From contig OY729431.1 in assembly GCA_963422395.1 (NCBI GenBank), positions 1,952,001-2,016,000 on the forward strand: 64,000 nt of DNA. Direction: 5' to 3'. This DNA comes from Vicinamibacteria bacterium. GTDB lineage: Bacteria > Acidobacteriota > Vicinamibacteria > Marinacidobacterales > Marinacidobacteraceae. A model generated the notes under the pieces. That model was not told the DNA's origin. It worked only from the letters and a program-made list of their open reading frames with translations, and searched no databases. This document shows, one piece after another, positions 33,804 to 42,993 of the stretch (its first letter is position 1; each line of letters begins with the position of its first letter). A program made the position numbers and the translations under genes.

Positions 33804-34499
33804 TCATCCCCTTTCCTGCTGCGTTTCGTGCTGCGGTGGCAAATCTTCGAGGCGTTGCATCCAGCCATCGAAGTGGCGGCACTCGGCCCGCATGCGCGGA
33901 ATGCCTATGCGTCCGGAGATGTCGGCGCCGTGTAGCACCTTGCGATATCTCGGGGTCAGGTGCTTCAAGCGAGCCGAGGGGTGCGTGGTGCTGCCCTCGT
34001 TGACATGCTCCGGACTCTTGGCCGACTGTCTTGCCGCCGCGAGCTGTCCGGCGAACTTGCGCCAGGAAGGTTCGGCTTCCTCGAATCTCGAAATCTCCGA
34101 GAACAGCAGAGATTCGAACTCGCAGGGTTGGATGTGAGGAAAAAATCGGTCGGAGCGGCACTCGGCCTTTTGAACGACTTCCGCATGGAAAACGCTTTCG
34201 ATACTCGCCGCACGTTCGATCGGATCGGAATTCGTTGCCTTCGAGTGCCCGGGGAAGTTTCGAGGAAGCCCGTACAGATCGAAGAAAGTCGTCACATAAG
34301 TATCCTTTCGTTCCCGCAAGGTATTGCGAAGAAAGTGAAATACCCGTTGGTGGTTGAGCGCCCCGCCCTTTGCAACGCGAGAGGTGGCGATGAGTCGGGG
34401 CTGGACGAACACCTGCCGATCTGCCAGGAAGGGGCCGAGCACCCTATTCGTGAAGGTCTCCTCGGTCTGGCCTTCGCAGACGATCACGATTTCCTTCAT
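33804..34499 (-). CDS. DUF4276 family protein (second copy)
   Basis: [37 protein letters not shown]...HPSARL. Confidence 0.8.
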   Translation of the reverse strand: MKEIVIVCEGQTEETFTNRVLGPFLADRQVFVQPRLIATSRVAKGGALNHQRVFHFLRNTLRERKDTYVTTFFDLYGLPRNFPGHSKATNSDPIERAASIESVFHAEVVQKAECRSDRFFPHIQPCEFESLLFSEISRFEEAEPSWRKFAGQLAAARQSAKSPEHVNEGSTTHPSARLKHLTPRYRKVLHGADISGRIGIPRMRAECRHFDGWMQRLEDLPPQHETQQERG

Positions 34500-34509
34500 C
34501 CTTCTGGCC

Positions 34510-35601
34510 TCACTCTTCTGGCCTGCCGCCGAGTATGTTCATCTTCCACAGATCACCCAGCGAATACTCGGCCAGCCAGTCGGTCAGACGATCGGGGTCC
34601 AGCCGCTCGAAAACCGACTCTCCGTTTTTCCGGTTGACGACCAGGACCTCTTCCGGCGTCAGTTGGCTGACGAGCTCCGCCGACTGGGTCGAGACGATGA
34701 CCTGTCGCGCGTCGCTGGCATGGCGGAGCATTTCGGCGAGCAGGGTGAGAGCGTAGGGGTGCAGGCCCAGCTCCGGCTCGTCGATGAGGATCAAGTCGGG
34801 CTGCAGCTGCGTCGGCTGGAGAAGCAGGGTCGCCAGGCAGAGGAACCGGAGCGTCCCGTCCGAAAGCTGGCGAGGCCCGAACACGGTGTCCGAGTCGTTT
34901 GCATGGTGCCATTCGAGATCCAGTCGTTCCCCCACCCTCTCGCGATAGAGGAAGTCGCCGAAGAACGGCGCGGTCAGCCGGATCGCCTCGACGATCTGGC
35001 GAAAATGGTCGCCGTGATGCTCGCGCAACCGACGCAGGAACGGCGCGAGATTGCCCGCGTCGGGCTTGAGCCGGAGGTCGTCGCGCAGGGCCTGCTTCCT
35101 GCGCACTCGCGCCTCGGCGCTGGTGTCGTGGAAGTGGTACACCCGCCAGCCGGCGATGGCCTTGCGCACATAGGGTGCAAAAGTGTCCTTCCCCTCCTCG
35201 TCCATATCCCTGAGATTCGACTCGTCGTGGCCGCTGCCCAGGGAGTGGGAAAAATCTCCATGGTCGCCGAAGAACTGCGTCTCCTCCTTCTCGAACACGA
35301 GGCGGTCCCCGGTCGGCACGAGGGAAAAGCGGTAGGCATTCCTGTCGAATACGAACTCGGCATCGATACGGTCGGTCCGCTTCCTGCCGCCGAACAACAA
35401 TGCATCCGGTCCGTCCTGTTCAGCGGCGAAGAGTTGCAGGCGCCGGTCTGCCGCGCAGGACAACATGCGGAACAGGTCGATGAAGTTGGTCTTGCCGGCG
35501 CCGTTGGGGCCGATCAGGACATTCAGCGACCCCGGTTCGAAGTCTTCCAGCGCGCGGATCGACTTGAAGCCGCGAACGGCAAGGCGGTCTAGCCGAGGCA
35601 T
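34510..35601 (-). CDS. AAA_21-type ABC ATPase (second copy)
   Basis: GFKSI, GPNGAGKTN, YHFHDTS, LSDGT, DEPELGLHP, STQS. Confidence 0.88.
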   Translation of the reverse strand: MPRLDRLAVRGFKSIRALEDFEPGSLNVLIGPNGAGKTNFIDLFRMLSCAADRRLQLFAAEQDGPDALLFGGRKRTDRIDAEFVFDRNAYRFSLVPTGDRLVFEKEETQFFGDHGDFSHSLGSGHDESNLRDMDEEGKDTFAPYVRKAIAGWRVYHFHDTSAEARVRRKQALRDDLRLKPDAGNLAPFLRRLREHHGDHFRQIVEAIRLTAPFFGDFLYRERVGERLDLEWHHANDSDTVFGPRQLSDGTLRFLCLATLLLQPTQLQPDLILIDEPELGLHPYALTLLAEMLRHASDARQVIVSTQSAELVSQLTPEEVLVVNRKNGESVFERLDPDRLTDWLAEYSLGDLWKMNILGGRPEE

Positions 35602-35627
35602 GGAGCTCGCAAGACAGCGTAGGCGGT

Positions 35628-36770
35628 TCAGTCGCCTCGCGACTCCGGTTCGTCGTCGCAAATGACTTCGATCAGGCGCGGATTCAGCAGCCTCCACCGC
35701 TGCTTCATGCGCTCCAGGTCGCCCTTCAGCACGACCAGCGCCCGGTCGTGGTGGGCCTTAACTGCTCTTCGATAGTCCCGTTGCTCCAGAACCGCCGCAA
35801 CCGATTGTCGTCGTCCATCGATGACTGCCGTCATATGGATCGTTCCTTCGTCGTCCGCCTCCCCGCGCTTCAGGAGGCGAACGAAGCCGTGGAGACTCAC
35901 ATCCGGCCGCGGCGCGCGATCGCGGAAAGAGCGCGCCGCTTCGCGCAGCAGAGCTGCATCCGAACTGCCGAACCGAACGATGTGTCCCGGCACTTTCCCT
36001 GTCACCGGTCGTGTTCGAGCCCACGAAACGCCGATGTCCAGCGTCGGAAACGGTTCGATGAGCCGGACCAATGCCTCACACAGATTGGCGCTCACCCCGT
36101 CGTCCACTGCCGCCTCGAAGGAGCCTGTCTCACCGGCAGCCGCGCGTTCTGCCGCCCCACGGACCGCGGTGAGCGCCTCGACCAGCCGCCTCGTCATTCG
36201 GCGTTCGATCGGGGCATTCTGATCGTCCGGATCGGGAAAAAGCGTCGGGATCGGCGGCGGAACGACCGGCGTCAGCAGTGTCACCACGAAGCTCCCCTGC
36301 TCGGTCTGTCCCAAGCGTACCTTTCGCAACAGATCCGCCGCCTCCCGGTTCGCGCCCGCGCGATAGACCGGCCGCGGGTCGTGGAGTGAACACGCCGCCG
36401 AAAGCAGCAGGTCGTGGGCACCGCCGATGAGGTCCAAGCCGTCGTTCAACATCACGCTGCCGTCGTCGCTCTCTGTCGCTCGGACGCGGACGATGTCGCG
36501 GTCCACAGTCACGAGCGATCGATAGACGGTCAACTCGTCCTGACCGGCTACTTTCGCGAAAGTTTCGATCAACGCCGCCACGACGCTCGCGTAGTCGCCG
36601 AGGCGCTCCGTGCGCGGGACGAGGATCTCCGGCCGCTCCTCTCCTGCATAGACATCCGAGTGCACCCGGTACGGCTCCTGTCGGCTCCATCCAGCGGCAC
36701 GAGCGTACGCGGACAACGCCGCCGGCGAAACGGCCAGCAGCGCATCCAGGTCGTGAATGCTCACTCGCAT
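35628..36770 (-). CDS. Hypothetical protein (380 aa), coupled to a DUF4365-like gene
   Basis: Clean ORF with TGATG overlap; LGQTEQGSFVVTL and GVSANLCEAL segments; beta-rich C-terminus. Confidence 0.75.
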   Translation of the reverse strand: MRVSIHDLDALLAVSPAALSAYARAAGWSRQEPYRVHSDVYAGEERPEILVPRTERLGDYASVVAALIETFAKVAGQDELTVYRSLVTVDRDIVRVRATESDDGSVMLNDGLDLIGGAHDLLLSAACSLHDPRPVYRAGANREAADLLRKVRLGQTEQGSFVVTLLTPVVPPPIPTLFPDPDDQNAPIERRMTRRLVEALTAVRGAAERAAAGETGSFEAAVDDGVSANLCEALVRLIEPFPTLDIGVSWARTRPVTGKVPGHIVRFGSSDAALLREAARSFRDRAPRPDVSLHGFVRLLKRGEADDEGTIHMTAVIDGRRQSVAAVLEQRDYRRAVKAHHDRALVVLKGDLERMKQRWRLLNPRLIEVICDDEPESRGD

Positions 36771-37081
36771 CAGATTTCCCCCTTCCGGGACTTCTGCATG
36801 AGTTTTCGTAACGCCTCGATGTCGAAAATATTCTGTTCCGGAAGGCGAACCGTGACGGTCTTCCGTCCGATGACTTCGTCGTGCCCCTGCTGTAGGTTCA
36901 GCCAGTAGGCAAGGCGCCGCAGAACGAGTTCTTCGGCGGTCACAGTCGAAACGACATCCACCGCGACTCGCCTTCCTTCTGGCAACTCGAGGACCACGAG
37001 TGCGCGTGTCGCCACGGCCCTGGCGTAGACGAGGGACAATCCCTCCTTCTGGTCCGGATCGGTGAGCAGCGTGTCCGTCAT
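36770..37081 (-). pseudogene. DUF4365-like (PD-(D/E)XK) protein with internal deletion
   Basis: QKEGLSLVYARAVA joined directly to LVVLELP...LRRLAYWLNL...TVTVRLPEQN; the central nuclease segment is missing. Confidence 0.6.
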
Positions 37082-37164
37082 GAGATAGCTCCGATCAGAT
37101 TCCTAGCGTCTCACACCCGCAGCTCGTCGGACTCCAGCTTCGGCAGCAGCGCATCGTGCCAGGC
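37078..37164 (-). pseudogene. Relic hsdS 3' end
   Basis: AWHDALLPKLESDELRV*DARNLIGAIS* versus ALRDTLLPKLISGELRVHEAEK at 38983-39069; its last stop overlaps the DUF4365 ATG. Confidence 0.85.
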
Positions 37165-37181
37165 GGTGGGATTTCGCCGCC

Positions 37182-38921
37182 TCACAGTTCGAATGGCTGG
37201 TATTCCACCAACGTGGACCGACCGATGAGGTCGACGATGGTTACCGAAAATTCGGCACCGAACGCGTCGGTGAGCCTCATCGCTTTGCCCAGTCGAAAAG
37301 AGACCGGCTGCTGCCGTCCCTCGTCGATGGCGATATTGTCTGCGTACAGATAAGTCCGGTCCGAAGTATCCCGTTTAGGATTCAACCGCCCGCGCAGGCC
37401 GGGAATATGTCCGGCGCCCTGGGAGAAGATAGCCGCACCTCCCTTCGGGAGAGGACGGAGCTCCATGAGAAGCCCTCCTCCGTCCGGTCTCCACCCCCGT
37501 TCGATCCCCGCAGAATATCCAGGCGCCGCGGCGTAAACGGTCATCGGTAGATGCGCCGTGTACAGACCGAGAGCGGCTTCGCCAGCTTCATCGGTCGTCG
37601 CCCGCTGCCAGGTATCGTTCGGGAAGAGTGCCAGAACTTCCACTTCTGGTAGAGGCACTCCCTCCGAGTGCACCGTGACCGTCGCAGTGGAAGGAATCCT
37701 TTGGAGTTTTGCCGCCGGTATGCTCAAGATCAAGCTGGATTCATCCAACATCTCATATTTCGGCAGGATACCGGCAGTTTTTCTGGTCTTCTCCAGGATG
37801 ATCGAGACGCCGTCGCCCCGTCGTTCCATCAGGTAACGGCGGTGGGTCGATCCGGGGACTCCGCCAACGGGAATTCGTCCGAACACGGAAGCGATCACCT
37901 CGTTGCGTGTCGCCTGGCTGGCACCCATGCTTTCTATGGTCATGCCGTTGGGAAGCTGGCCGGGCGATTCGATCTCGAGGCGGTCATCGAACATCGACAA
38001 CCGGATACGACGCGATTCCATGGAGTAGTCGCGGTGGACGACTGCGTTGACCACCGCTTCGAAAACCGCGGCGATGCTGTACTGCGGTACATCCTCCCGT
38101 TCTGGCAGCTTGCGTGCCGCAACGCGCATGTTTCGAACGACGAACTTCACCGCGTCGGCGATCTGGACTGGAAGCGGTCCGACGATTTCCTGGTCGTCCA
38201 ACTGTTCGGAAGTACGGGTTCTTCCCCGGTAACACTTCGCGAAGATGGCGGCTTGCGGGATCCATTCCTGCGGCGATCGGGCACAGAGCAATACGCCGGC
38301 TCTCGTGGCTCGATCCACACCGGTTTCCTCATGCGCCAAAAGGCGAAGATTCTTCAACCCCCGGCGAGGGTCCGCCGCGCCCGCCACGCTGAGGAGCGGC
38401 TCCCACAGACTCTCGTCGAGCGTCTCGAAGCCCGTCTCCGGAACGACTTGCCTGTCGTACCACAGGAAACGGCTCTGCGCTCGGTTCTGTGCCAGCCTCA
38501 GGCGCTCGTCGCCGTCGAGGCGGCGCTTGGTCGCACCTACCCGGAGGAAAGCGCGCCCGGCCCGCTCGTGAACAGTGCCGCCTCGCGGGATTTCGACGAG
38601 CAGGAAAGCCTCGCCGTCGAGTTCTCGATGGTGGACCTCGATTCGCAGAGAAGGATGGATCGTATCGGTAGCGATCTCCACCAGCAGTCGGTCGAGTGCT
38701 GTCAGCTGTTCCCGAGACATCCCTCGAATCCGCCCATCGTCGGATACCCCGCACAGGAGGAAGCCGCCGCTTCCGTTGGCGAAAGCTCCCATCTCATCGG
38801 CGAGATCGCCTCTTGCGGGGCTGGTCGGGATATCGCCCCTGAATTCGATCTGCTCGAATTCCCAGCGGCTGTCCTCACCCAACCGCATCTGCCGTCGGAT
38901 GACCTCGTCGCGGACCGTCAT
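37182..38921 (-). CDS. Schlafen/AlbA_2 plus HATPase_c_4 (RecG-C-like) protein with an extra C-terminal beta domain
   Basis: GEDSRWEFE, AFANGSGG.LLCGVSDDG, EAVVNAVVHRDY, DRLEIESPG, RNEVIA, MERRGDG; C-terminal VEVLALFP...TTDEAGEA...AAAPGY. Confidence 0.8.
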   Translation of the reverse strand: MTVRDEVIRRQMRLGEDSRWEFEQIEFRGDIPTSPARGDLADEMGAFANGSGGFLLCGVSDDGRIRGMSREQLTALDRLLVEIATDTIHPSLRIEVHHRELDGEAFLLVEIPRGGTVHERAGRAFLRVGATKRRLDGDERLRLAQNRAQSRFLWYDRQVVPETGFETLDESLWEPLLSVAGAADPRRGLKNLRLLAHEETGVDRATRAGVLLCARSPQEWIPQAAIFAKCYRGRTRTSEQLDDQEIVGPLPVQIADAVKFVVRNMRVAARKLPEREDVPQYSIAAVFEAVVNAVVHRDYSMESRRIRLSMFDDRLEIESPGQLPNGMTIESMGASQATRNEVIASVFGRIPVGGVPGSTHRRYLMERRGDGVSIILEKTRKTAGILPKYEMLDESSLILSIPAAKLQRIPSTATVTVHSEGVPLPEVEVLALFPNDTWQRATTDEAGEAALGLYTAHLPMTVYAAAPGYSAGIERGWRPDGGGLLMELRPLPKGGAAIFSQGAGHIPGLRGRLNPKRDTSDRTYLYADNIAIDEGRQQPVSFRLGKAMRLTDAFGAEFSVTIVDLIGRSTLVEYQPFEL

Positions 38922-38982
38922 GGTCAGGTTTTCGCGCCTCTACGCGCCCAGACAGGCAAGGCCGAGCAGAGTGTGATGTGGA

Positions 38983-40865
38983 TCACGCAAAGGTATCGAC
39001 GACCTTCTCGGCCTCATGCACCCGCAGCTCGCCAGAAATCAGCTTCGGCAGCAGGGTGTCGCGCAGGGCAGAGAGAGTGTGACTTGTCAATTCGTTGGTA
39101 ACTTGACGCTCCAACAATTTTCCGAACAGACCGGATATCTGAACGAGTAATCGATCAGAAGGAACGACACACAAGGCATCCGTCAGGTGATGTCGTCTGA
39201 TATGTCCCATCGTTGTCGCTTTGTCTTTGGCAATTCGTTGAAATTCTTGAAAATGTGACAAAATACTATGCAAATAAAACCACTTGGAATATTTATTCGA
39301 TGTCACCTTGAATAGATGTTGATTCAAAGCTGCTCTCCCACCGCACCATATTCGAACCAAAAGACTGCCTGACCAAGAAAACACGATATCGCCGTTCTCG
39401 ATAATGCATTTTGGATTTATGTTCGCTCTTGCCCATTCTCCGCTATTTGTTTCACCAGCTCGTAGTTGAGATATCTTGACTACGGGCAAGCGTTCCTCAT
39501 GCTGCGACGGAGAAAATTTCTGAAGGGAAAGTCCGTTCTGAAAGAAGGCGATCGAATCAAGCGCCCTCACCGTCCAGCCTTCCGGTATCTCGCCCAACTC
39601 GGAGTCCACCAGCGGTCGGGGAAGAGGGCGGCGAGGTGCGGCGGCAGACCGGTATCGCGGCCCTGCATCTTCGCCCGCACCGGGTCGAAGGCGACGAACC
39701 AGGACTGGAACAGCGCCCGGGCCATCGCCTCCAGCGTCTCGTTCATCCGCCGGTTCCGCTCGATCTTGTCGTCGAGCGTCCCGAGGACGTGCGCAATGGC
39801 GCAGCGTTCCGACTGCGGAGGCCATGGCAGGGAGAGCGATTCCAAGTCCTTCCTGGTGGCGTTTCCGAAGACTGAACCGCTATCCTCCAGTACGTTCCAG
39901 GACGACTCCATGTGTCGAAGGCAGAACTCGAGATATCGAGTGTCGGATCGAACGAATGGCTTGATGATCGCTAATCCACGACCAGCAGCGCATTCCAGGT
40001 CGGCAATGTTCACTCGACCAATTGGCGCACGTACGCTGAAAAGAATCTCCCCAGGTCGTGCTACACGAGAAGGTGCCGAGCAGAACACTCTAGGCGACGG
40101 GTGGCGATAGTTGAAGTCCTTGACTCCCTGAAAGAACGGCAGCCCATTGCCGTCGCCGTTGTAAGTCGAACCTGGTGGGGACTGTCCCATGACCAGTTCG
40201 GCGATATCCCGTAGACGTTTCCGCCTGCGATCCGTCGTCGAACTTCGTTCAACTTTCGTCCCTAGCACCACGTAGTCGCGCTCGATCTCCCGCTGAAACC
40301 GCTTCGGCAGGCGCACCCAGTCGCGGGCTTCGACGAGGAAGGGGATGTTCGACTCGCGCACGGCCTCCTCGAAATCGCCTACCTGACCGATCGGGATTTC
40401 TTCCAGGCCCGGACCGCGCAGCACGAGGTCGAGATCGCTGCCGTCGTGGCTTCGCCCGTTCACCCGGCTGCCGTAGGCCCAGACTGCGACACCCGGCAGG
40501 TGCTCCCGCAGCAGCGTTTCCAGTACCCGTCGGTGGTTGGCGGCGAGATGGAGCCGATCAGCCGGCAACTGTACCCGCTGCTCCGTCACGATACGCCTGA
40601 ATCGTTCGCCGATTCGCCTGACGTCCACGATGTCCACAGCGAAGGGAAGATCCGAATCCTCGAACGCCGCTTCCATCGCAAACAGGTGCTGTTCCGCGAT
40701 GCTGGTATCTCCCTCCAGAGCGAGATCGAGGTCGGACGAATCTTTCGTCATCCAGTTGGCGCGGCTCCCGAAGACCCAGACCCTGACGCCGCCCGGCAGA
40801 TGCCGATGCAACACGTCCTGGACGATGCGCAGGTGATCGGCGCGGATGTCAATCGGCGGCGTCAA
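38983..40865 (-). CDS. hsdS: Fusion of two MNT nucleotidyltransferase domains to a type I specificity subunit HsdS; 1-bp frameshift near 39613 between TRD1 and TRD2
   Basis: FGSRANWMTKDSSDLDL and YGSRVNGRSHDGSDLDL are in frame with MGQSP..TRD1..LDDKIERNRRMNETLEAMARALFQSWFV; second frame LVDSELGEIPEGW..TRD2..LRDTLLPKLISGELRV; TTG start inferred. Confidence 0.85.
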
Positions 40866-41289
40866 GGGATTCGTTCCTCTGATGCAGCTGATCCCGGAGA
40901 TATCTGGCCTCACCGACGAAGTCCGGGACGATCTCGAAGACCACCCGCGCCTTGTCTCCGTCGTAGGTGTGGCTGGTTGTGCTCCGGTGCTTACGGTACT
41001 CCTTCCAGATGGACAACTCGGACCGCACCAATCCCCGCCGGAAGGCTTCACGCATGATGGCGCTGAAGCTCATTTCATCGAACTGGGCCGGATTCTCGGA
41101 GACTTGTTCCAGATGGCGCTTGACCATCTTGAATGACAATTCGTAGGTGAACTCGAAGGCTTGGATTGCGGCAGCTCTGAGGTGCAGCTTGAGAGCGGGG
41201 TAGCGTGACGCGATGTCCGAGCCGTGGTACTCCAGAGCTCCCTCCAACTGGGCGAGCGCATCATCGAGCGGCGTCAGGTCGAGTCTCAT
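40849..41289 (-). CDS. HEPN-domain RNase toxin (HI0074 / nucleotidyltransferase substrate-binding family)
   Basis: [16 protein letters not shown] and RSTTSHTY (R-X4-H-X-Y); ATGA overlap with the hsdM stop. Confidence 0.88.
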   Translation of the reverse strand: MRLDLTPLDDALAQLEGALEYHGSDIASRYPALKLHLRAAAIQAFEFTYELSFKMVKRHLEQVSENPAQFDEMSFSAIMREAFRRGLVRSELSIWKEYRKHRSTTSHTYDGDKARVVFEIVPDFVGEARYLRDQLHQRNESLDAAD

Positions 41290-42961
41290 GACCCGTGCCT
41301 CCGCGACACGAACCCCAGCGTCTTCAGATTGTCGGCGATGGCCGCATCGAGCCGCGCGCCTTCCGCCTGCTGCTCGCGCAGTTGCGCGACCAGCCGCTTC
41401 ATCTTGTCTTCGAAGGGCTCGCCGTCCTCCTCCCGGGGTGCGGCGCCCACATAGCGGCCCGGAGTGAGCACATGGTGGTGCTTGCGGACTTCTTCCAGCG
41501 GCGCGCTCCGGCAGAAGCCGGGCAGATCCGCGTATTCGCCCGCACCCTCCCCGCCCCGCCAGGCGTGGTAGGTGCCGGCGATGCGGGCGATGTCCTCGTC
41601 GGTCAGCTCCCGGTGCGTGCGGTCCACCATCCGGCCCAGCTTGCGGGCGTCGAGGAACAGGATTCCGCTCCGCCGATCGCGTAACTTTCCGCCTTCCCGG
41701 CCCCGCGTCAGGAACCACAGGCAGGCCGGGATCTGGGTCGAGTAGAAGAGCTGGCCCGGCAGGGCCACCATGCAGTCCACCAGGCCCGCCTCGATCAGGT
41801 TCTTCCGGATCGCCCCCTCGCCCGACTGGGCCGACGACATCGAGCCGTTGGCGAGCACGAAGCCCGCCGCGCCCCCCGGCGCCAGATGGTGGAGCAGGTG
41901 CTGCACCCAGGCGAAGTTGGCGTTGCCCTTCGGCGGGACTCCGTACCGCCAGCGCCGGTCGTCGGCGAGCCGCTCCCCGCCCCAATCGGACACATTGAAC
42001 GGCGGATTAGCGAGGATGAAATCGGCCTTCAGGTCCGGGTGGCGGTCGTCGTGGAAGCTATCGCCGTGGGCGATACCGCCGCTCTCGATGCCTCGGATGG
42101 CCAGATTCATCTTGGCCAGCCGCCAGGTCGTGTAGTTGGACTCCTGGCCCCAGATCGAGAGGTCGCCCTTCGCCCTCCCGCCGTTGCCGTTGCCGGTAGC
42201 GTGTGCCCGGATGAAGTCCATCGACTGCACGAACATCCCCGCCGAGCCGCAGCAGGGGTCGTACACCCGGCCCCGGTACGGCGCCAGCATCTCGACCAGC
42301 AGCCGGACCACCGAGCGCGGAGTGTAGAACTCACCGCCCTTCTTCCCCTCTGCGCTCGCGAACTGCGAAAGGAAGTATTCGTACACCCGGCCCAGTACAT
42401 CCCGGGAACGGGCCTCCGCGTCGCCCACCCGGAGATCGCCGATCCGGTCGATGAGCTGGCCGAGCCGCTGCTTGTCGAGCGCCGGCCGGGCGTAGTCCTT
42501 CGGCAGGACATCCCCGAGCACCGGGTTGTCGCGCTCGACCGCCGCCATCGCGTCGTCGACGACCTGCCCGATGGTGGGCTGCCGCGCCTGCGCCTGCAGG
42601 CGGTTCCAGCGAGCTTCGGGCGGCACCCAGAAGATGTTCTCGGCGGTGTACTCGTCGCGGTCCTCGGCGGCCTCCGCACCCAGTTCGGCGAGCACTGCCT
42701 CCTGGCGCTCTTCGAAAGCGTCCGAGATGTACTTGAGGAAGATCAGCCCGAGGACGACATGCTTGTACTCGGCGGCGTCCATCGAGCCGCGCAGCGCATC
42801 GGCCATCGCCCACAGCTCGGTCTCGTGTCCGGTCGCGGCGCCCTGGACGGTCGCCGCACTCCTAGCGGCCGTCGTGGCGGCGCTGCTGCCTTTGCCGTTC
42901 GACCCCGACCCTGGCGCCCTACCGCCGGATCGCTGTTTCCTCAGCCTTCCTCGGGCCATGA
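41286..42961 (-). CDS. hsdM: Type I restriction-modification methyltransferase subunit
   Basis: [51 protein letters not shown]. Confidence 0.96.
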
Positions 42962-42993
42962 TGCATCCCCCCTTCCGGCCGAACACTCGCTCG

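Noticed and set aside
37078-40865. Invertible hsdS shufflon (phase-variable type I RM)
   Set aside because: The duplicated hsdS end is a direct repeat with no silent TRD, no inverted repeats and no recombinase nearby.
40849-41985. 378-aa ORF as a long HEPN fusion
   Set aside because: The first ~230 aa are an alternative frame of hsdM; the HEPN gene starts at ATG 41289, overlapping the hsdM stop.
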